Of a stretch of 64,000 bases of DNA, positions 58,333 to 64,000 are shown one piece after another. Both the position numbers and the translations under genes were made by a program. Every line of letters starts with the position of its first letter. Positions within the stretch are counted from its first letter, which is position 1. The notes under the pieces are model-generated. The model had not been told where the DNA came from and did not search any database. It saw only the letters and a list, made by a program, of their open reading frames with translations. Source of the DNA: Flammeovirgaceae bacterium (GTDB lineage Bacteria > Bacteroidota > Bacteroidia > Cytophagales > Cyclobacteriaceae); the NCBI GenBank assembly GCA_013204595.1, contig JABMNK010000100.1, forward strand, positions 8,050 to 72,049. The letters run 5' to 3'.

Positions 58333-59234
58333 CCTGGAAACAAATTACTGGGATATTGGTCCTGACGAACCAATTGAAGTAATTGCTTTTTGACCCATGC
58401 CTTGTCTTCTGTATAAGTAACGCCAAACCAATTGTCAATAGTCGGAAGCACGGGCACCTGAATTCCCTTTGCAATCAGGCGACTCAGCACCTTGGGTATG
58501 TAATACTCAGCCTTCAAATCCGTTTTTCCAGCCAGATACGTTTCTTCGAATCCTTTGGCGATTTCTGAAAAAATCTGAGATGTGAAGCCCATCAAATTCA
58601 TAGAAACAATGGTTTCATTTGGAAGAAAAGTTTGAACGCCATTTTCATCAAAATATATCTTTTCATCGGTATTACGGACAATATGCGTCCTTTCAACCAC
58701 ACTCGTCAAGGACTGCCGATTATCCAATGTACAAATACCTCTAGACACCGATCCATTCTCGGTTACCGTTCGGGCCAACTCATAACCAACAAGACAACCC
58801 AAAAGCTTCTTATCGTCAAGACTTGACAAATGCATAGCAAGTGCTCCCAATGAATTTCTTCCATAAAAGTCATCCGCATTGACAATTGCAAAAGGCTCGT
58901 TAACCTCATTTTCTGCCATCCAAACGGCATGGGCAGTGCCCCAAGGCTTGACCCTACCTGCTGGTAATTCGTACCCTACGGGCAACGAGTTTAATTCTTG
59001 GAAGACAATTCTAAAATCAACTTGATCTTTCCATTTATCCAAGATCGCCTCTTTAAACTCGGATGCAATCTGTTCTCTAATAACAAAAATAATCTTGCCA
59101 AATCCAACCTTGATCGCATCATAAATCGTATAATCAATAATTCGCTCTCCATTGGGACCAAAACCATCGAGCTGCTTGATCCCTCCATAACGACTACCAA
59201 GGCCCGCGGCCAACACTACTAAACTTGGTTTCAT
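58329..59234 (-). CDS. Sugar-1-phosphate nucleotidyltransferase
   Basis: N-terminal NTP-transferase loop VVLAAGLGSRYGGIKQLD. Start placed at ATG 59234 (MKPSLVV...); the ORF-track start at 59246 is a TTG. Has a 4-nt ATGA overlap with the kinase gene. Confidence 0.75.
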   Translation of the reverse strand: MKPSLVVLAAGLGSRYGGIKQLDGFGPNGERIIDYTIYDAIKVGFGKIIFVIREQIASEFKEAILDKWKDQVDFRIVFQELNSLPVGYELPAGRVKPWGTAHAVWMAENEVNEPFAIVNADDFYGRNSLGALAMHLSSLDDKKLLGCLVGYELARTVTENGSVSRGICTLDNRQSLTSVVERTHIVRNTDEKIYFDENGVQTFLPNETIVSMNLMGFTSQIFSEIAKGFEETYLAGKTDLKAEYYIPKVLSRLIAKGIQVPVLPTIDNWFGVTYTEDKAWVKKQLLQLVRQDQYPSNLFPG

Positions 59235-59364
59235 AAATCCTACCAATTAATAAAGTCGCAAATATAAGACAAGTCCATATCGACGGCACTTTAAACTCAA
59301 TAAATCTACCCGCTACACATACAAAAAAGATACCTATATAAATAGAGGTGGTTAAACCCATATC

Positions 59365-59703
59365 TTACCCCTGCTTAACTGCATTTTCGGCTGTAAGCAA
59401 CTGTTTATACAACTCCATTCTCGTCAAAACCCTAACATCCAAAACGCTACGACCGGACCTTGATAATTTAAAAATCCGTTTACTCCTACCTCCACGATCC
59501 TTAGTCACGCCACCCATAAATGACAGCACTAAGCATTTTTCCTCAAGTCTTCTCAATACAGAATGAATCGCAGTAACATCCAAATGACGCCCAGTCCTCG
59601 AAATAATTTCCTCACGGATCACCTTTGCATACGCACCCAAACCAAAAGCTCCTATGATCAGCAATACAAGTTCCTCCAGCTCCCCAATTGAATTACGTTC
59701 CAT
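59365..59703 (-). CDS. PadR-family winged-helix transcriptional regulator
   Basis: 112 aa. The PadR pattern GAYAKVIREEI...VTAIHSVLRRLEEKCLV...GGRSKRIFKLSRSG is present. Confidence 0.8.
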   Translation of the reverse strand: MERNSIGELEELVLLIIGAFGLGAYAKVIREEIISRTGRHLDVTAIHSVLRRLEEKCLVLSFMGGVTKDRGGRSKRIFKLSRSGRSVLDVRVLTRMELYKQLLTAENAVKQG

Positions 59704-59777
59704 GAGGTAAAACTAATATTAATTGTACTAATAAACAATAAATATATATAATAGATATTTGTACAAAATATATTACT

Positions 59778-59805
59778 AAAAATATCCGTTTGCACGGATA
59801 TTTTT
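59778..59805 (-). terminator. Intrinsic terminator after the SSS symporter gene (perfect 11-bp stem)
   Basis: AAAAATATCCG-tttgca-CGGATATTTTT. Arms at 59778-59788 and 59795-59805. The symmetric A/T flanks give a T-run on either strand. It lies 21 nt past the symporter stop. Confidence 0.7.
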
Positions 59806-59825
59806 ATCATTTTACTAATTAGCCC

Positions 59826-61643
59826 TTAAACGTCCAAATTCAACGTAGCCATAATTCTAAACAATAGATAAGTACCTAGACCTGACAATGTCAATAGTCC
59901 AAATCCAATAAACATCTCTCCGTACACCAGGCCCCCTATACCAAATAAGGCAGTATAAATCGTCAAACAACCTATAAACACTAACAAAATCTGTTTAGGC
60001 ATTTGCCAGGTTACCCCTTGACCATCATCGCATGGAACCCCTTCGGCTCTTGCTGCATCGACAACCTTTTTCCACCCAGGACCACCCGGCTTAGTTAGTT
60101 GATAAAAGCTCCTCAGCGTCTCCTTATTCTCTGGCTTAGTCAACAACGTAGTGACCAACCATGACAACGTCACCACAAAAACTGTTATCAAAAGCTTAAT
60201 CGTAAAGCCATCCAGTACAGCAGTTGCCACAGAAGCATCATCGACACCCAGCACGAGTATCAAGGCTACTACAGTAGCCACGACCATTGTCACAATCTCG
60301 GTTATAGCATTGATTCGCCACCAAAACCAGCGTAAAATATATACGGCTCCAGAACCTGCACCAGTCAATAATAATATATTAAAAGCTTCTGTCGCATTAT
60401 CCAAAATAGTCAAGGATAGGGTACCTGCAAAAACCATTAACAATACTGTCGAGATTCTTCCCATGGTCACCATTTGTTTTTCAGTAGCGTCCGGCTTTAC
60501 AAATCTCTTATAAAAATCATTAACTATATAAGAAGAACCCCAGTTGAGATGCGTTCCAATAGTTGACATATAGGCCGCAATAATAGAAGCCACGACCAAG
60601 CCAAGCCAACCGTGATCCAATTTGGTAAGCATTGCCGGATAGGCAATATCATCCTTCAAGTATTTTGGATCTATATTGGGAAATTCTGCCTGAATACTAC
60701 TTAATTCCGGATAAATAATCAGTGATGCCAATGCGACTATAATCCATGGCCAAGGCCTTAATGCATAGTGCGCGAAATTAAAAAATAACGTGGCTCCCAC
60801 AGCATTTCTTTCATCCTTTGCTGAAAGCATTCTTTGGGCGATATATCCCCCACCACCTGGCTCAGCACCTGGATACCAAACTGCCCACCATTGAACAGCA
60901 AGAGGTATCAGCAACAAGGGGACCCAAACTGTTGGATCACCAAAATCAGGAAATACACCAATCTTATCTGCAATGCGTGGATCATTAATCAAACCATTCA
61001 GTCCTCCTATCTCAACAATTTCCGGTTGACTTACTGCGACATAGGCAGCATAAACAGCACCAAACATTGCTATACCATATTGGAAGAAATCAGCCCAAAC
61101 AACTCCTTTAATTCCGCCCAATGCAGCGTATATTACCACAACCAAAGAAGCGCCAACCACAACTACCCACGGCTCCAACCCTAGCATCACACCACCAATT
61201 TTAATGGCCGCCAAGGTTACTGAGCCCATAATAAGACAATTAAAAAATATCCCCAAATAAAGGGCACGAAAACCTCTTAAAAAAGATGCCAGTTTCCCGC
61301 CATACCGTATTTCATAAAACTCCAAATCAGTCTTTATATTAGACTTACGCCAGAGGCGTGCATATATAAAGACCGTAACCATACCCGTAATTAAAAAGGC
61401 CCACCAAGCCCAATTTTTGGCCACTCCGTTCTCCCTTACAAATCCAGTAACAAGATTGGGGGTATCCGCCGAAAACGTGCATGCCACCATCGAAACGCCC
61501 AATAACCACCATGGCATGTCCCTACCTCCAAGAAAAAATTCTTCTGAACTATCCCCTGCTGTCTTAGACGCCCACCATCCAATGGCCAATACGATCACAA
61601 AGAAAATTCCGATGATGATCCAATCAATTGTTGCTAAAATCAT
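59826..61643 (-). CDS. Sodium:solute symporter (SSS/SSF family)
   Basis: 605 aa with ~14 TM segments and an SSF-like N-terminal half (EEFFLGGRDMPWW). Sits immediately downstream of the proline-racemase-family gene. Confidence 0.88.
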   Translation of the reverse strand: MILATIDWIIIGIFFVIVLAIGWWASKTAGDSSEEFFLGGRDMPWWLLGVSMVACTFSADTPNLVTGFVRENGVAKNWAWWAFLITGMVTVFIYARLWRKSNIKTDLEFYEIRYGGKLASFLRGFRALYLGIFFNCLIMGSVTLAAIKIGGVMLGLEPWVVVVGASLVVVIYAALGGIKGVVWADFFQYGIAMFGAVYAAYVAVSQPEIVEIGGLNGLINDPRIADKIGVFPDFGDPTVWVPLLLIPLAVQWWAVWYPGAEPGGGGYIAQRMLSAKDERNAVGATLFFNFAHYALRPWPWIIVALASLIIYPELSSIQAEFPNIDPKYLKDDIAYPAMLTKLDHGWLGLVVASIIAAYMSTIGTHLNWGSSYIVNDFYKRFVKPDATEKQMVTMGRISTVLLMVFAGTLSLTILDNATEAFNILLLTGAGSGAVYILRWFWWRINAITEIVTMVVATVVALILVLGVDDASVATAVLDGFTIKLLITVFVVTLSWLVTTLLTKPENKETLRSFYQLTKPGGPGWKKVVDAARAEGVPCDDGQGVTWQMPKQILLVFIGCLTIYTALFGIGGLVYGEMFIGFGLLTLSGLGTYLLFRIMATLNLDV

Positions 61644-61818
61644 AATTCTAATATTGTTAAAATATCAATAAATGTAATAATAAAAAATTAAGTCTTAACA
61701 AAGCAATAGGATAGATGACAATTATAAGTATACAACCGGCAACATCATAACAAATACCCGTTGCTCAACATCACACATCCCCAGCTTTGTCCCCATTATA
61801 ATCCTGACGACTTCGGAC

Positions 61819-62847
61819 CTATCTTAAAATAAACCCTTCACAAAAAGGATCTTCCGGATCAATCCAGAACTCATTTTTACCAGTGTAATATGCCATTCCT
61901 TCAACCACAGGAATTACTGCTTCATAATCGCCATAGGGAACAATTTCCTTGACACATGACCGAAAATGCGAGCCTATAATACTCTCAATTTTCATCCACT
62001 CATTTATTTTGAGTTCACCCCTGGCGTAATGGATCGCCATTCTTGCGGACACACCGGATCCGGTTGGGCTACGATCGACCTCCCCTTCCGCAAAAACACA
62101 TACATTCCTGCTATCGGCATCAGAAGCCATCGGCTCACCTATGAAAATAGTACCATATAAGAAACTCAATTCGTCTTCAAAAGGATGTGTTATCTCCACC
62201 TCACTATCCATTATGGCATGTTTAATTTTCATACCAATAGAAATTAATTCTTGGTATCCCCCAGGGGCACAGGACACACCCACCTCAGCTGCACTTACAA
62301 AGGCATAAAACGCGCCTCCGTAAGCAAGATCATATTTGACCTTACCGAGCCCTTCAATCTCAATAAACTGATCTAGTGCCACCACATATGATGGTACGTT
62401 TTCAAACCTCACGCCCGTCACAGCGCCAGCTTCAATACTCGCATAAGCAGTCAATAAACCACAAGGTGCCTCAATGAAGAGCTGGGTTTCCGGAAAGACC
62501 ATCGGCACCCAACCGGCCTCTACTGCCAATCGAACCATGGCAATTATCGCATGACCACACATCGTACTATATCCTTCATTGTGCATGAAAACAACCCCAA
62601 AATCCCCTATACTGCTTGGGGTAACCACGACACCATACATATCAGAATGACCTCTGGGTTCCAATATTAAGGCACGCCGTAGGGCATCATAATATTGTTT
62701 AATGTAAGCCCTATATTCCAGAACGGAATTTCCTTCCAGTTTTGGAAATCCTTCCAACACCACACGAAGTGGTTCACCACCCGTATGCATATCCAACGTT
62801 TTAATAATGGTCCAATCGGAATGAGGCGTAATCATAAAATTATTCAT
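61819..62847 (-). CDS. Proline-racemase-family enzyme with Cys/Thr catalytic pair: predicted trans-3-hydroxy-L-proline dehydratase
   Basis: The first catalytic position is Cys in STMCGH (codon 62559-62557). The second is Thr in VDRSPTGSG (codon 62064-62062), where racemases and epimerases have Cys. Start placed at ATG 62847; the ORF-track start at 62859 is a TTG. Confidence 0.78.
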   Translation of the reverse strand: MNNFMITPHSDWTIIKTLDMHTGGEPLRVVLEGFPKLEGNSVLEYRAYIKQYYDALRRALILEPRGHSDMYGVVVTPSSIGDFGVVFMHNEGYSTMCGHAIIAMVRLAVEAGWVPMVFPETQLFIEAPCGLLTAYASIEAGAVTGVRFENVPSYVVALDQFIEIEGLGKVKYDLAYGGAFYAFVSAAEVGVSCAPGGYQELISIGMKIKHAIMDSEVEITHPFEDELSFLYGTIFIGEPMASDADSRNVCVFAEGEVDRSPTGSGVSARMAIHYARGELKINEWMKIESIIGSHFRSCVKEIVPYGDYEAVIPVVEGMAYYTGKNEFWIDPEDPFCEGFILR

Positions 62848-62976
62848 GGCCTTTGACAAGTTATCAGCATAATATTAGCCGATCCGATCGAAAAGTAAAA
62901 ATCACAGGATAGATAAAACGTTGATACCCAATTATGGCTATTTTTAAGTTGCCTCAAGAGCCATTAACTTTACCCC

Positions 62977-63381
62977 ATGGTTCTCAATATATCCTACGAC
63001 GACAAACGACAAGAAGATGAAATTAATAATTTTGTAGGATCTTCATATACCTTTTGGCAAAGTTTAAAAATGCGCGGCTCTGGTTCTCAAAAACTAATCA
63101 TTAAGCAATCCCATGACGTTTTTAAACCCTACCTAACGCAAAGAAATAGTACGAAGTATTGTAATATCGAACTTCGCCCACGTGGGATAGGTCTCAGATT
63201 TAGGTTTAAATTGGAAGCCATCGGCTGGTTTATTCCCTATGAACATTTAGAAATCATATTCAGTGATAATCATATTCATCTCAATGACACAACCACACAG
63301 TACTTCATGCAGTTGGAACCCTCTCACAGAAGCAAGATAGACCAACAATTCATGGATAAACTTTTAACCTTAAAACAATAG
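62977..63381 (+). CDS. Hypothetical protein
   Basis: 134-aa ORF with no recognisable motif. The coding call rests on ORF length only. Confidence 0.45.
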   Translation: MVLNISYDDKRQEDEINNFVGSSYTFWQSLKMRGSGSQKLIIKQSHDVFKPYLTQRNSTKYCNIELRPRGIGLRFRFKLEAIGWFIPYEHLEIIFSDNHIHLNDTTTQYFMQLEPSHRSKIDQQFMDKLLTLKQ

Positions 63382-63406
63382 TAAGGTTATTTATCGCACC
63401 TTGAAA

Positions 63407-63847
63407 TTATGATGGCTCTTCAATTTGATCTCGTGATGACTCTATTTCGGCTTTGATAATGATTTGGGGATCAATAGCTACTAACTTCTGATACCACATA
63501 GCTACTTTCTTGATGTCAGAAACATAGACCCGATCCTCGTCATAATCGGCTAATACCGTCTTAAAAAAAGCCTTTAGCTCATCGGGTGTTGCGTTTTTAT
63601 CTATCCCAGTATCGCCGTTATAACTCTCATGAATATTTTTGAGTATTTTAATCAAGGGAACCGACTCCTCATCACCAACACTATAAATTGAAATTTCAGA
63701 AAGCACAGATACCTTTGCATTTGCGCCTGCCATTATGCGTTGTTTTGAATCATCCAATGCCTCTAAAATCACCCCCGACCTAGTAGGACTCACTACCCTA
63801 AACAAATCCGACTTGCCCGACAAGGCAGCTATTTTACTAAATTCCAT
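63407..63847 (-). CDS. Conserved Bacteroidota hypothetical protein (DUF5606-like)
   Basis: 146 aa. The pattern ...ISGKSDLFRVVSPTRSGVILEAL...DRVYVSDIKKVAMWYQ resembles what I recall of the DUF5606 family. Confidence 0.55.
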   Translation of the reverse strand: MEFSKIAALSGKSDLFRVVSPTRSGVILEALDDSKQRIMAGANAKVSVLSEISIYSVGDEESVPLIKILKNIHESYNGDTGIDKNATPDELKAFFKTVLADYDEDRVYVSDIKKVAMWYQKLVAIDPQIIIKAEIESSRDQIEEPS

Positions 63848-63902
63848 ATTTTGATTTTTTCAACACAAAAGTAGTTAAAGTTCTGACGCCTGCCAACGCC
63901 TA

Positions 63903-64000
63903 TTATTTATTCCGAATTTGTCTGATATAATTTATTAATTCCTCCTTACCCAAATTGCTTACCGTTGACGTTTCAAATTGAACAGGCAATTCTTCCCACT
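63903..64000 (-). CDS. C-terminal 32 codons of a gene entering from the right edge (possibly EngB/YsxC-type GTPase)
   Basis: The minus-strand frame reads WEELPVQFETSTVSNLGKEELINYIRQIRNK-stop, with the stop at 63905-63903. It resembles EngB C-termini, but the fragment is too short to be sure. Confidence 0.3.
   Translation of the reverse strand, partial: WEELPVQFETSTVSNLGKEELINYIRQIRNK

Noticed and set aside
1-64000. Mobile elements, prophage, CRISPR arrays, defence islands, rRNA or tRNA genes.
   Set aside because: I found no transposase, integrase, recombinase or Cas-like ORFs, no regularly spaced direct repeats, and no long terminal inverted repeats. All large ORFs have housekeeping or metabolic assignments, or are conserved-looking hypotheticals, and gene packing is tight.

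Overview
AT-rich chromosomal segment that looks like a Bacteroidota genome. The pointers are a T9SS type-B C-terminal-domain cargo protein, TAnnTTTG -7 promoter boxes, a three-subunit SdhCAB, Na+-NQR, and an acyl-ornithine type arginine operon. It is almost entirely core housekeeping. Left to right: (1) a complete dcw cell-division/peptidoglycan cluster on the minus strand, mraZ-rsmH-ftsL-ftsI-murE-mraY-murD-ftsW-murG-murC-ftsQ-ftsA-ftsZ, with ftsZ truncated at the left edge and no murF or ddl. (2) A short FKBP isomerase and a solitary 1040-aa UvrD-helicase/PD-(D/E)XK-nuclease fusion. (3) A nine-gene arginine operon, GNAT-argG-argC-proC-argD-argF'-argB-argE-argH. (4) nqrABCDE without nqrF. (5) ispH-cmk-(micro-ORF)-fabD. 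(6) A DCC-family oxidoreductase overlapping a 966-aa T9SS cargo protein. (7) sdhCAB. (8) A mixed stretch: 904-aa membrane-anchored repeat protein, M3 peptidase, MscS channel, lipoprotein, Cys/Met PLP enzyme, MFS transporter, dehydrogenase-like cytochrome c protein plus sulfatase, a DMT/NahK-like kinase/nucleotidyltransferase operon, PadR, an SSS symporter, and a Cys/Thr proline-racemase-family enzyme. I found no rRNA, tRNA, CRISPR, transposase, integrase or obvious defence island, and I cannot support a claim of a clearly novel multi-gene system here. The most checkable non-trivial observations are: a textbook triple GTGGG-N5 MraZ operator abutting the dcw promoter, plus a second inverted GTGGG pair in an unusually long 545-nt leader; an unlisted 51-codon lipoprotein micro-ORF translationally coupled between fabD and cmk; an nqr operon that ends after nqrE; Ala at the specificity position of the acyl-ornithine transcarbamylase; a Cys/Thr catalytic pair predicting a hydroxyproline dehydratase next to a symporter; and a NahK-like kinase/nucleotidyltransferase/DMT sugar-salvage operon. 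Several longest-ORF starts in the supplied track are TTG- or frame-extended. I moved these to internal ATGs where protein N-terminal motifs or gene overlaps argue for it.
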